From assembly GCA_951406725.2 (NCBI GenBank), contig OX597817.1, positions 23,188,001-23,252,000 on the forward strand: a stretch of 64,000 nt of DNA, in the 5' to 3' direction. This stretch comes from Octopus vulgaris (taxonomy: Eukaryota). The position numbers and the translations under genes are program-made. Positions 1-14,100 of the stretch are shown piece by piece (positions within the stretch are counted from its first letter, which is position 1; every line of letters starts with the position of its first letter). The notes under the pieces are model-generated. The model was not told where the DNA came from. It searched no databases and saw only the letters and a program-made list of their open reading frames with translations.

Positions 1-199
1 CCTGAAGAAAATTCTAACTGGGCCCCACCTGCAAGGTCATGTGCTGTTTATCTTGATATGAGATCACCATGTCGCGCACATATGGTTGTGATGCATGTGC
101 CTGGTGTACCTTTATCAGACGGATAGTCATGATGGGTATATTGGGCTTCGTATATTTTACCCCAGTGTCACTTTGATGGCATGCACTGCTCTCTCACTC
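1..199 (+). mobile_element. 3' end of a (TAA)n-tailed retroposon (same family as 13427-13795)
   Basis: Ends ...gcactgctctctcactc directly into (AAT)n; near-identical reverse-complement copy at 13427-13600. Confidence 0.75.
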
Positions 200-520
<321 letters not shown>

Positions 521-2387
521 CTTCATTGTAAAATAGTTACAGCACCGGAATATAGTTTATGATAGTGGTTCCAGCTCTTTACATTGTGAGTTGAAAACCT
601 ATCGAGGTTAGCTTTGCCATTCGTCCTTTCGAAGTCGAGAAAACAAACAGAACTTAGTTTAATACTGGCAGCGATGGTATCAGCTGAATCGATAGCTTTA
701 CACAGTTGCTGGCGTGTCCACATTAGATGTCATTATTAAAACCCAACTGTATTTGTCCGATCTCTATTAAGAGTATTTCTTAGGTAGCAGATTATTTAAA
801 TAAAGTGCACAAGTATACATTTCACCATGTAAATGGTAAATGTATGTTATTGTATATTATATTGTATGTTTATATTTATACCCGTGGAACTCCTTTCGAA
901 TGATTTCAGACCGAGGGGAACTAAAATCTTGCAGCAAAGAGTCTCATATTCTATGAATTATATTGCATCGCCTAAATGTAACTTATAAGAATGCTACACA
1001 CTCTAACATTCATATTTCGTGATTAAAACGTTGATAACTGAACCAACTTGCCATTCACGTATTTTTCTCCTTAGATGGTAGCAGTATCTCCTGCCAACGA
1101 TCATTTAATATATCATGAGGAAACAGCATGTCTGTCATTATTACTTCAACCTATTTTACAGAATATTGTCAAAAATATAGTATGCAAATGTGTTATACAA
1201 AATTACATTTTTATGGAAATATATTTGGTCTTATTTTCTGCTTTTTTGTTGACCTCCATATTTTCTAATCCAAGAAGGAAAAAATAGTTACACCGATATT
1301 CCTTCTACTCACTGACTAACACTTTATAGGATAAAGCTAATAGTCTCTCTCACATTTCCGGAAAAACAAAATGCTCTTTTGTTTATGGCGCCTTTTAAGA
1401 AGTGCTTTTATCCTAGTTGGAGACACTAAGCATCTCGTCTGGCATTTAAATGACCTTTGTTATATCAATCATTATTATATTAGGAACAGTTTCTCAACTA
1501 TGGGAATCTAATAAGGTTTGAAGCAACATTAGTAGAGAATAATAAACGAAAATAACGACTCATCATTCACTCTTTTTAGCACATTTTTCAAAATAATTTC
1601 CATTCTCATGATACAAAAACATAAATAAAATCTCCATGATTTTCGAAAAGCACCACTAATTATCTTGCAACCAGCTAATTTATCTATATCACTTCTTAGA
1701 AAAAATTAGCTTCTGGTGAAAAAAATATCAAGCGTATAAAGAATGTTATTGGAAATTAATGATATATCTGGATACTAGCAATATGTAGATGTGAATAAAA
1801 CAGTATTTTCCAATATACTTGGAAGAAATGAAAATGAATAAAATATTTTTTTGAAATTTTGTGGCTAGAACACGTTTGAATAACTAATAGAGAGATATCA
1901 TCAACAGCGTGTGTGTGAATCTTTGTTAACTATATTAAATCTAAATATCATTATAACTGTCTCAGAGTTCATGAAGGTTTTATCAGGATATCAAAGAAGA
2001 AAATAAATATTTCAAAAACGAATTTTTTTTTAAATAACGTAATCACAGTTAAGGTGAAATACATTATCATAGAAAATGTAGTAGCAGAATATTAAAAAAA
2101 CATGTAAAATACCTCTGTTTGTGCGTCTGATTTAATTTGTTATTCAAATAACTGAAAATGTATCCCAAGATGTTATTCTATATTATTTAGTGATAAGAAT
2201 ACATTCTAAAGCGTAGCATTCCTTTTTCATATATTCTATGTCAATTTTCCCATATTTTTGAAAACTAGAAATATTTTCCGTGGGTTTTCTAGAGAGAGAT
2301 CTGCATACGCAACATAGAGTTAAGTGCGGTATAACATAGATAATGAAATATAAATAATTAAATACACCGTTACTCATATTTAATGAG

Positions 2388-2493
2388 GTTCTATATTTAA
2401 GATATGAGGTATTATGTACATAATGTATATTATTTACATTTGATGGATATCTGTCCTCATCTAATTTGTTGACACAACGTTTCGGCTGATATA
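2388..2493 (-). mobile_element. Truncated PLE terminal repeat with 3' half of a hammerhead
   Basis: Reverse complement gtatatcagccgaaacgttgtgtcaac...cttaaatatagaac matches 25055-25173. Confidence 0.75.
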
Positions 2494-2499
2494 CGACAC

Positions 2500-3199
2500 A
2501 GAGACGCATGTGTCATGGGGAGAGACATGTGGAGTGTCCAAAGCATCATGATTTGGAGTTTTCTAGGCCTAAATCAGAGAATTGGGACCATATGTTCCAA
2601 AATGTTGATGCAGGTATAGGGAATGACATCATAGCCCAGGTTTACGTTGACCAGATCCTAAGACCTCAGATCGTGCCTTTCTTCATGCGTCACTATAGTC
2701 CCGTGTTCCAGCAGAATAATGTTCCCTCTCACACGGCCAGGGTCACCATGGACTTATTGCATCAGAACAACATAAGACCCATGCCATGGCGGGCTCTCAG
2801 CCCAGATTTGAACCCAAATGAAAACATGTGGGATGAAATCCAGAGACGGCTGAACCAGATGGTCCCAAGTCTGACAACTCGTGTGGAACAGGAGGTAGTT
2901 TTCTTCAAGGTGTGGACACAGGTGCCAATAGCTTTCGTAGACCGCCTCATGCACTCAGTGTACTGATGGTATATGGTCGTTTTGAACATGCACGGAGGGC
3001 ATACTTGGTATTGAACATGTCATGCCTTACAATCTCGATGTGTTGGATACCCCCATTACCAGATAAAAACGACCCATAGTCTGTGGTCAAAGAGCATCTA
3101 AGAAATTGATTTTTATCAAATTTATCAAAATTCATCTCTGACATAATTAAAACATATTTCACCATCACACACGTCTCGCGTTTCTTCTGCGGTTCAGTG
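2500..3199 (+). mobile_element. Tc1-family DNA transposon remnant (DDE transposase C-terminal half plus right end)
   Basis: ORF 2508-2966 has FQQNNVPSH...WRALSPDLNPNENMW (Tc1 FQQDNAP.H / SPDLNPIEN.W); ends ...ggttcagtg|ta. Confidence 0.85.
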
Positions 3200-3349
3200 T
3201 AACTAATAATTTATTTTTTATTAATTGGGTTCTTCTAAAGAGGGCTTTAACTTTTGCTACGCGTAATTAGGATTTTTTCTGAACCAGAGGCGGATATTAT
3301 ACTAGCCGCACAATGGATCCAGATAGATTTCGATATAGGAATGGGATTT

Positions 3350-3440
3350 AGTAGAAGACATTTGTCCAAGGTGCCACGCAGTGGGACTGAACTCGGAACC
3401 ATGTGGCTGGTAAACAAGCTACTTACCACACAGCCACTTC
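3350..3440 (-). mobile_element. tRNA-headed SINE family A, 5' fragment
   Basis: Matches 54820-54910 (ccaaggtgccacgcagtgggactgaac). Confidence 0.8.
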
Positions 3441-3709
3441 TGATTCTATATATTATTTTGTCGGTGTAATTTATTTGTGATTGTAAGTGTAATTTATCTC
3501 TAAATGATTCTATGATTAGTTCTGTCTACAAAATACCAGAATGCTACATGTATCGAGCTATACCTTGTGAAATGGAGTGAAATGCCATTGTATGATAAGG
3601 GACTTTTTAAAAAGGCACCAGATGTGGCGCATTCTACACTTGCGATGCAAGATAATGTTTCCATTATTTTGTCAAACCCGTGTATATATGTACAAACATT
3701 CATGCATAC

Positions 3710-3776
3710 TCACACACACACACACTAACACACACACGCACACACCACACACATACACACACACTAACACACACAC

Positions 3777-3844
<68 letters not shown>

Positions 3845-3860
3845 GGAGAGAGAGAGAGAT
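3710..3860. repeat. Compound (CA)n-(TA)n-(GA)n microsatellite
   Basis: Direct reading. Confidence 0.95.
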
Positions 3861-4574
3861 ACAAATATAAATAAATATTTATATAATACGAAGTATATAA
3901 TTTTATAACTATAATTGTAAAATTTTAATAAGGACAATTACGAGAGGTAATGCCACACGCTGGAAGAAGACGCCAAATGGCTCTAAACTAATTTATCACA
4001 TACACACACGCGCTGAAGTTAAGAGAATTAACAGAAGACAGTTTGAAAATGTTTAGTCATGTATCGAACGATTTCAAGGTTAGTGAAGTAATACACTCTC
4101 GTATCATCAGTATGACATAATCACAAATACATGAATATAAACATTTATATATACTATACGAACACGACTTATCCACAGAGGATGTACAAATATCATATTA
4201 GTATATGCTCTTATATACAAGTGAGAAATCTAGTTTGTTCATCTCAGCCACTTGTGAATAACCACAATAATGCACTGAATGAATTCTGGTTTTAATATTT
4301 ATCAATAAAACTCAAGTATATATATAATATTTTATCTATATAAGGTTTTATCAAGTAGCCAGTGTGAAAATTAATACGAAGTATATCATTTTATAAATAT
4401 AATTTTAAAATTATAGTAAGTGCAACATATACACACGCGCTGAAACGCGCTGAATTGCCAAATATACACATACATAAGCACATACATAACTGTGTGTGTG
4501 GGGGGGGCATGCGTGTGCTCCTGTTTTCTCTGTGTATGCCTATATCTACTTTGTATAACTTTATCCTTTATATT

Positions 4575-4870
4575 TTTCTGTTTCAGTCATTGGACGCAGC
4601 CGTGCACGTTTTATTGTAGCAAATCGCCCCAATGTTTATTTCTTAAGTCAGGTATTTATTATATCACCCTCTTTTGCGAAACACGGATGCAAACAAATAA
4701 ACCCCGGTTGTCAAGCAATGGTGGCGGACAAACATAATAAAACGCACAGATACACACATACATATACAGAAAGTGTCTTACAGTCTCCATTTGCCAAATA
4801 CACAAAGAGAGCTTTTGTTAGCATAAGACTATTGTACACTGGACCCGGGGCCATTTGGTTGCCATGGTAT
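4575..4870 (-). mobile_element. Degraded SINE family A
   Basis: tgtttcagtcatt...cggttgtcaagcaatg...acaaaca is similar to 54545-54730. Confidence 0.6.
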
Positions 4871-5865
4871 AACTCATAATATATCTCATAATATAACCCG
4901 TAATATAACTCACCCTGTAGATCAGCAATTCCTTCTTTCTCTCCCCGTAAAACAGCATTTCCATGTGGTCCTTAAATCCTGGGTCATTTTTGTGTTTTCA
5001 ACCGCATTTCCTGATCAGCATTTGACCTGTAATAAGAAACACACTATTGATAACGAGTAACGAAATCGTAAGGAATGTAAATAATTTCTCCTTTCGCCAT
5101 GGCGAATTAAAACTAAAGGGACTGTTTTAGATACACTTCAAAATGCAACAAATTCTCTCTCTCTCACACACAAACACACACACACACAAACTCTCTCTCT
5201 CTCTCTGTATATATTTCTCTTTCTCTCTCTGAACACGTATGCATATGTATAACCAAGGATTTGGAGAACGAAAGAAATAATGATTGATCTATAGCGAACT
5301 ATAATTCTTCTGGGATTATTAATCGTATGCATACACAGTAAAGAACTTCACTTCTAACTAAAATATGGAAATGCAAAACGTAGGAAATGTTGGGAAATAA
5401 AAAAGGAGACTACTGCAGTATGAATTGATCACTCTTAAACAACTTGCCAATGCATAAACCTGGCACCAGTAGAAAACAGCTGACAGAAAACTAAGCAAGA
5501 AAAAAATTCAGTTGAACCTAATCAGTAATTTACGTACAGACATTTGGACAACAATTTCATGTTGGATTCATTTGAAGGAAAAATTGTGAAGTTAGAAAAA
5601 GAGGTTTAATAATGATGCACAAAAAAATTAATAATGATGCAAAATATTTCGAAACGATAGTTATCTCTCTATTAGACTGATAACATCCCTTTTTAACCTT
5701 GGTATTCTCATGATTATTATAGAAAAACTTCAGAAAAATAAAGAGTCAAGAGAATAGTCAATTGTCAAATATTGCTACAAAAATACAATTTCTATCGAAA
5801 ATATCCTATTAAGATTTATGCGCAACCTCTGAATTCACATAGATACCTGCATGCATCCATAAATG

Positions 5866-5951
5866 CATACACACATACATAGATACATACATACATAGAT
5901 ATATACATACATACATACATACATATATACATACATACATACATACATACG

Positions 5952-5985
<34 letters not shown>

Positions 5986-6010
5986 CATACATGCATACAT
6001 ACATACATAT
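5866..6010. repeat. (TACA)n microsatellite
   Basis: Direct reading. Confidence 0.95.
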
Positions 6011-8817
6011 TGTTTTGACAGAAACAGATGTTACAAAAGAAGATCGTGCCTTAACAAATGACGTCTAATGGCATACTATATTAAAATGTATAACATGTAC
6101 GCAGCGTTCCTGAACCTATTGTTAGTATATTAACACCATATCAGCAAAGCTTAACAAGCAAGCTTTTGGATCGAGACTTTGTGCGGGCTATGGTTTATGA
6201 CTTTTATTAACTCTGATTCCCTTAGGTAGAACCAGATTATGTTCTCGTTTGATTACAAGAAGGTATAGGCTCCTGTTTCTTATTTTTGAATGCCAAATGC
6301 CCTAGAATTTGCTAAAGTTTAAAAAATAATTACCTGGTCTACGGAACTGTGAGTTTGCCATGATCAACCACCTTGAACATGCATAATGGAAATGATTTTA
6401 GCTTTCCTTTTCAGATAAATTACCAGAGGTGTAAATCTGAGGGTGTCAGTGAATTATATTGCTGTTAATAATTTCAGTATAAGACAAACTTATTTTCATG
6501 TTTTGAGAGGAAATCTGATGTGTATGATTGGCTAATTGAAAAACCAGATGGCAAAATCTTAGGAAACCGCTTTGTCATGGGAACCTGAAATTGGGTGCAA
6601 AAATTATCAATAGTATGAAGATGCAACCTGAACAAGTAAAAATTTTAATAAAGTTTACTGAGATTGGTTTGGTTTGGACCATGATAATTATTTCTGCCAA
6701 TATCACTGTCAGTTGCCTGTTTCTCTGATAATTGATGTGGAATGCCCCTGATACTTAGGAACCATAATAATATATATTATGATGAAACTTGGAGCATGGA
6801 AAATATAGCCAGTGAATTTCAGAAAACAATATGTTATCGTAATCTCTCTGCATGTACTGAATGAATAGTCCATTATAAATGTACTGCATTAGTACTGATA
6901 TCCATATTTTGGAAATTCGACTGGGTGCTATATGTAATCTAGATTGCTGATGTTAAAACTCGAATGCTATTCACCAGAAAAATAAATTTTCACTTCAATA
7001 GTTACATAACATCCCTCTTCCTGATGCGTAACGAAAGACATACAGATTTAACAAACACTTAAGTGGGATTTGAATGTTGCATCAATGTTCCTCTGCAACA
7101 TCTATTAACCACAAAATGTCGAAATGCTTCCATGGATCAAACAAACATTCATGAGACAAATATAATGATGGAGGTTGGAATAGAATATCTCTGATAGTAT
7201 TCCCTGGATGATGACCAAGGATACACAGACAGAGGGTTGTTTTTGGCGTTCCTGCGACAGAACTTTAGATGAAAGGCCATTTACTTATGTGCAGAGAGTC
7301 ATGCGTGGCTATGCTGCCAGGAAGCTTCAAAGTGTCAGAAATGTAGATATCCGAAATAGTCAATATTGGATCAACAATCAATATATCATATCTCAATTTG
7401 AATATTTTTGATATTTTTGCAATCTCTCATATTTATGATTTTGAAAAATGAGAGCAAAGGAATAACGACCATATAACGAATGTACAAAAGGAAACGGGTA
7501 TATGTAGATAAAATACCTAGATGTGACGACTGACGTAAACTCCGTGGAATTAACACTGAAAGAATTTATAATCGTAATCACCTATCTAAAAATCATATGA
7601 TAATATTTGTTTATCAAGTAGGTATAATGTATATTCAAATATTCTGCAATATAATCAGTTAAACGGTGCGAGGCGATGATATGAATATAACAGTGTTGTG
7701 GAAAGCATAATCATACACAAGGTGAAACAATACTTGTGGGTCAAGCAGAGTGATCTTCGGGTTCAATTTACTTCGAGAAATGGTCAGTGTGATGAACAAA
7801 ATATCATTGCGTCTAAGAAAATAATTTTTGTGGCTCTTGTATGTTTTTAGTATATTTCAATCATTCTCAACTTTTGTGTTTACAGGAAATATTCGACTTT
7901 AAAACATGGCATAAAATGTTCATGGTATGGAACAAAATCTCTGGCTATACAGTAAAGCTTAAGCTACAAATTTTCGAAAGTTGGTAATTATTTTTCCAAA
8001 TTTCCAAAGAATCTTAAGATGCACATGTTTGTCTTTTAAACACGAATTTGGTATGAGCGGTTTGGTTGTTTCTGTAGCATCTATATGGTAATCTATTTAT
8101 TGAAAATAAGATAGCTTAAAGCAAAATAATGTTCAATTTTCACTGACATATTGGTAACTTCTCAGCGTGTTATGTATCTGTGGTGAAAGCTGACATTAGA
8201 ATGAAGTTCGTTTATTACATTCCAAGGTGGAGTGTCAGGTATCCATTAGTACTGAGAGAGTTGCTTTTTTGATACTAAAAGAGTGTCGGTGTATAATTGG
8301 AAATGATGGAATTCTTGACTTCAGTCAATATTATTTCTTTATTAATATTGTGATTATTAGATAAGTGCGCTTAGTGTTTATAATTTTCCTGGCGAGGGAT
8401 GCGCATAATTCTAAGTTATAAAGAGAATTATACGATAATATTTTAAATTTCTTGCTTTTGCCTCTAGTTCTGTCGTCATTTTTAATTATTTTATTTGATC
8501 TTTAAAATCATTCTTTCCCTAGAGTTTCCTAATAACGACTACTAATCAAAGTTTTATCATACGATAAGTTAGGTAATTAGGAATAAATGTAAAAGCAATT
8601 GTAAACTCCATCGTCTATCAAATTACTTTCCGCTGTCTCTGCTCTTTGCAAATAACACGCAAAAACACACGAACACACACACACACACATACACGCACAC
8701 GCACGCATACATACACTCATACGTACAGATATGCATGCATACATACATGCATAGATACACACACATACATGCATACATTCATTCATTCATTCATACATAC
8801 ACATATATAAATGTATA

Positions 8818-9630
8818 CAGAAGAGGGCACCCAAAAGTAACCGGAAACGTTCTATGTGGGACAAGCCCGTTGTAGTTCAGACTTCCGCTGTTAGAAGCCA
8901 CTTGATGCAACTCTCGTACATCAGTCTGCCGACCGGCATCCTCTTGATGTGTCTTTGATTTGCAATGCATCTCTTCTGTTCAAAGAATTTTACGACTGCT
9001 CAAAGGAAGGAACAGTGTGCTTCCGTGAAATTCTGTTTTCTGCTGAGGAAAACGGCGGCTGAAACAGTTATAATCCTTCAAACACCTCATAAGGAAGCTG
9101 CCATGAGCAAAACATATGCTTACGAGTGGTTTTCATGCTCCAAGAATGGTCACTTGTCGATTGAAACCAACCACGTTCAGAGCGTCAATCGACCTTCTGA
9201 ACGGATGAAAACCTGAAAATTCTTGGACTGATGTGGGAGGACAATCACTCAAAAATGGATGAACTTGTTGATATGACTGGTATGTCCTGAATCTCCAGCC
9301 AATGAATTTTTAACGGAGAATTGCGAAAGAAAAGATTTGCAACAACATGTGTGCCTCGCTTGCTCGGAAATTGATCCGGATCTTTCTTCGGAGGTTATCA
9401 CAGGGGACGAAAGTTGGTGCTATAGAAGAGGTGAAGTAAAAAAACGACAAAGGCCTAAAAAACCATCACTTTGCATGAGTTCCAGCTGTGCTTCGACCAA
9501 TGGGAATTGCATCTGGAACAATGCATTGCTTCAAATGGAGAATACGTTGAAGGCGATAAAAATGTAAACATGCAAAACTCAGTGAATAAAATACTCTTGC
9601 ACAATTCCGGTTTCTTTTGGATACCCCACG
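8818..9630 (+). mobile_element. Internally deleted mariner element with TIRs
   Basis: TIRs gggcacccaaaagtaaccggaa / ttccggtttcttttggatacccc flanked by TA. Peptides EQCASVKFCFLLRKTAAET...YEWF (mariner HTH), ITGDESWCY (first catalytic D) and CIASNGEYVEG (C-terminus). Confidence 0.9.
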
Positions 9631-9634
9631 TATG

Positions 9635-9682
<48 letters not shown>

Positions 9683-9780
9683 CTTAATCATACCGAATGG
9701 AAATGGTAAGTAATAGAAAATGTTACTTCCAGTGGTCTAGCATGTAAAAATTTAGTCCAAATATTATATATTACTCATAA

Positions 9781-10122
9781 AATACAGTGTACATTTAAAC
9801 ACATAAGGAATCCACTCGTGGAATTCAACACGCTAGAAATAACACCTAGGTTCAATAACCATAAAATTAGGGATAAAATCCCGACAGGAAAGAAATGACA
9901 AAATAAGCACTTTTACCATCCAGTTTCCTGGACCAATTGGTTTCTGATTTTAGTTTTTAAGCTGAAATCAGAAGTCAATTGGTCCAGGAAACTAGATGGT
10001 AAAAGTGTTTACTTCTTCATGTCGAGATTTTATCCCTAAAATGTGGTTATTGAAACTAGCTGTCCTTTCTAGCATGTTGATTTCTATTAGTGGATTCCTT
10101 ATTTGTTTAAATGTACACTGTA

Positions 10123-10124
<2 letters not shown>
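9781..10124. repeat. About 340-bp imperfect fold-back palindrome
   Basis: aatacagtgtacatttaaac...tttcctggaccaattg pairs with caattggtccaggaaa...gtttaaatgtacactgtatt; apex at about 9955-9960. Confidence 0.9.
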
Positions 10125-10181
<57 letters not shown>

Positions 10182-11599
10182 TATATATATATATACACAT
10201 AAATATATGTATGTATGTATTATGTATATATATATATGTATTATCTATCTATCTATCTATATATATATTATGTGTATATGTATATGTGCGCGTCTGTGTA
10301 TGTATATATATACATACATATATATGTGTGTGTATGTATATGTATGTATGCATATGTGGGGTTGGACTGGGTGGGTATACGAAGAAAGTCAGAGTTTGCT
10401 TCGTTCTTTCAGTATATCTAAGATGGACTTCTCAGTTTTTGACAGAACATATACGGGCTTAATTCAGCAAAACGAAAGAAACTTTTAAATAAATTAGTAT
10501 AATAAATTAGTAAATAAATTAGTATAATTCACAAAATACAGAAGAAATGCACAAAGGATGGAAAAACGTGCACACTTTAATTTGCTTACGCACGTTTCAC
10601 AATCGTTGGCATTTAAAAAATTCTGCGATGTAGTAATCTTGCATATTAATCGATCACCATATTTAATGGATGATGATTCTATAGCGATAGAGAAAATTAA
10701 CACCACCCTAGCTTTATCAAAGGTATATCACATCTCTTTTGGTATTTCACCAGCGTAAAACGTATGGGAGGTATATCTACAGACCTACTTGAGAACAGTG
10801 TTTATTAGATAATGCTACAAGTGTTACATATTTAATATCCTAAGTTCCACACGACAACTTAAAGAGTGATCATGACAAAAATTATTATCCTATTTAAATT
10901 ATTGATGACCATCGCAAATAGAGAGGGTAGGAAAGTAGAACCAAGTTAATCAGTATGTAATAATTTAGGTTCCAAACGAGATGTCATTCGATCAGTATTA
11001 AATCTAGAAAATAAACTATAAGTAGAAAACAAGAGAATAGTTACTGTAAGAACTAACGGAAAATAACTGCAATATTATTTACATGGGAAGGTATTATATT
11101 CCAAAAGAATTATTTTCCTTAAAGGAATAAAAATGAGAAATTAAAATACTTGTAACGAGGTTAAGATTCAAGTTCAGTTAAAAACTAAGCTAAAAATAAA
11201 TCAATAAATTATAAAATAAATTTAAAGGCAATTAAGAATAAAAGAGTAATTAAACATAATTAGAAAAATAACAATTAAAGAATTTAATTAGAATTAACTT
11301 TAAAATTACTTAAGAATAACAATAACCTCAACTAGTTAAGCTCAAATAGAATGTAATGAGAATAATTAACAATAATAGTATTTAGATATTTAACTAAAAT
11401 CATTAATAAAACGATTAGAAGAAATAAGCAGATAAAATTGATAAATAACGAGATAAAATAATCAGATAACATACCTAAATAAAACGAATATTTGTATAAC
11501 TACTAGTTATTACTGGTTAACTAATATACTAACTATACTTGAAGAAGGAAAGCAGACACTAGAATTTATATTAGGGAACACTAATAAGTCCTCCGTTTA

Positions 11600-11960
11600 T
11601 TCGAGAAGGTTTTAAAATTCTAAGTTATATTAATTCTTTCCTTTTCTTTAATATGTTAGATTTGGATCTAATGATATGCAATGTCCTTACATTTTAGTCT
11701 CCTCCCATTATATGGCAATGTACTTCTTATTACAGACCATTTAATACCGCCTCTAATATTCCTGGTTTCGGGGCTCCCAGAAAAATTTATTTTCAGAAGT
11801 GGTGTTTTCATTTCCTATGTTTGAAAGCAAAGATTTTTCTAAATAAGTTTTCATCTAGTGAAGCGTTTTTGAAGATTTTTGACAGTTTCAGAAACGGTTA
11901 AGATTATAATAAAGAGATTTCTCGTCAGGGGACACGTTGTTTCTTCTACTGTCAATATTA
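11600..11960 (-). mobile_element. Highly decayed PLE GIY-YIG endonuclease region (Cys-rich, Neptune-like)
   Basis: Minus-strand IKWSVIRSTLPYNGRRLKC and NILKKRKELI resemble the W.I...PY....C..C...LNKR.E motif; many stops. Confidence 0.5.
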
Positions 11961-12094
11961 AGTGCTAAGCAAGCAATTTCTCCTGCAATATGATACACAT
12001 GATATACACATGCTTTCCCGCTTCGAACTAGATATTTAATTTTCGTTAAACATAGCGTTAGACTACTATAATCTTACTATAATTAATATTCCTA

Positions 12095-13318
12095 TTATTA
12101 TTATTGTTGTGTTTGTTGGTTATTTTTAATCTGCATGTTTATTGCAATCACTTGCCAGGATACATCCAGCGTCCTAGTGTGAGTAAAGGATAAGAACTGT
12201 TAAAGTATGACTCAAAGATTGAGGAGGGGAAGTGGCAGGAGCAGTAACGAAATATTTTCATGTAATACAATATAGACATTTAAATTGATAGGATTGTTTT
12301 AAGGATGTGGACAGTACGTCTCAGAACAATCATTTGGATTTTTCTGAGGCATGCTTCTCTTGAGCTTTTGCCTATATGGTTCTAAAATCCATTTTTTAAT
12401 ATCAAATTTAGGGCACCCACAATAACAGGAACAGTTCTTTCTCTGAGAAATGGTTCTCCTGGTATTTTATTTAGATGTTTCTGACATCCCTTTTATATCA
12501 TATATTGGGCAACCACAATAACAGTAACATTTCTCGCTTTAAGATGCCACATATTTTGCATTTCAATTTCCAGGTACTTATATTTATTTAATTTCTCAAG
12601 TTCTTTACAGATATATTTACACCTATACATCTACAAGTATTTTCTTCCCTGTCCTTATTGATAGAGTCTGGTCGATTAGCCTTCATCATTCTGTCGGTAT
12701 TGACTGGAAAATCCAAGAGGATTGTAACATTTTTGCCTTCAACGACTGTCTCAGGATGATGTTCATACCTGTAAGCAGGAGTGCTGATTTTGTACTGTTT
12801 CCACATTTTCCAATGTAAATACTGTTCTACCCTATCGCGGCGGTTTCTGTATTCGTTTGTTGTCGGCACAGGGCATCTCGAAATGAGATGGTTTATTATT
12901 TCGTCAAATGTTTCACTGAATCTATGTTTAGATGATAGCAGTTTTCTTGCCTTCCTATCCTGGCGTTGGCGCTCCGTAGGATTCCAGTGAATGATGTTAA
13001 TACTGCATTGGACTATTGGAAGTGCTAGGATGTTAGTGGCCTCGATGCTAATTTTGGAATTGTGTTCAGTTTTAAATATAAGTCTTATTCTCTTATAGTA
13101 CACCTTTGTTATTTTTTCCCTTTATAGTAGCATGTTGTATACTCACTCTTTCATTTATCCCCAGGTATTTGTAACTTTCATGTTGGTCAAGCTCCTTGAT
13201 GGTAGTGTCGGTGTCTAATTTAATAGAAGTCTGTGATTGTCTCTTAGAAACGTTGCTTTAGCACACTTATCGAGGCCAAACTCCATCACGACGTCATTGC
13301 TAATGAGTTTAAGCGTTT
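12095..13318 (-). mobile_element. 5'-truncated R4/Dong retrotransposon (end of RT plus restriction-like endonuclease)
   Basis: MEFGLDKCAK; ORF 12588-13103 with HLISRC...YRNRRDRV...HW...LDFPVNTDR..ANRPD; KYKYLEIE; begins at (TAA)n and ends in a short TAA tail. Confidence 0.85.
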
Positions 13319-13322
13319 GTTA

Positions 13323-13353
<31 letters not shown>

Positions 13354-13354
13354 A

Positions 13355-13410
<56 letters not shown>

Positions 13411-13426
13411 CATTATTATTATTATT
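13319..13426. repeat. (TTA)n microsatellite between two retroelements
   Basis: Direct reading. Confidence 0.95.
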
Positions 13427-13795
13427 GAGTGAGAGAGCAGTGCATGTCATCAAAGCCCAGTATACCTATCATGACTACCCGTCTGATAAGGGTACACCAG
13501 GCACATGCATCACAACCATATGTGCGCGACATGGTGATCTCATATCAAGATAAACAGCACATGATCTTGAAGATGAGGCCCAGTTAGAATTTTCTTCAAG
13601 TCGAGTAGCCTATTCCACTCAAAAGGTCTCTGGATAGTTTGTCAAAATATTCCTCTCAACACATGGTTATAATGCTTCCCTACCACTTCTGCTCGTGATC
13701 AGAGATGCACATATCGTCAACCACTAAGAGACATGCTCAACTGGTTATGGTTAAACAAGGGACAAGCAAATCTGTGGTATCGAGCAGAATATTTG
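13427..13795 (-). mobile_element. 3' end of (TAA)n-tailed retroposon (family of 1-199)
   Basis: Reverse complement of 1-199, extended further 5'. Confidence 0.75.
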
Positions 13796-14100
13796 TTGCT
13801 GCACAGTCCTGGCTAAGAAGGACTCGTGAGAGTTGGGATCTATATACACTAGAAACTATGCCAACACTGAAAGAAACGGAGACACTTTAAAATACAAAGA
13901 TCTGGAAATGGAGGTAACTTGAATGTGGAGTCGAAAAACAGAAACAATTCCTATCATAGCAGGCACATTAGGTATGACAAAATGCTGTTCAGACAAAAAC
14001 ATAACAAATATACCAGCAGTTACTAGTGTATATAACATACTGAAAATAGTACTACTAGACACCGCACACATCCTATGTAAAACACATTCAATACAGTAAA
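13796..14100 (+). mobile_element. R4/Dong endonuclease fragment with internal deletions
   Basis: CTVLAKK...RVGIYIH*KLCQH...KYKDLEMEVT*MW...TIPIIAGTLG...KIVLLDTAHIL. Confidence 0.75.

Noticed and set aside
7872-7930. Possible 39-bp exon (tttacag|GAAATATTC...TTCATG|gtatgg)
   Set aside because: Splice-like signals only; no recognisable protein or partner exons. Needs RNA-seq.
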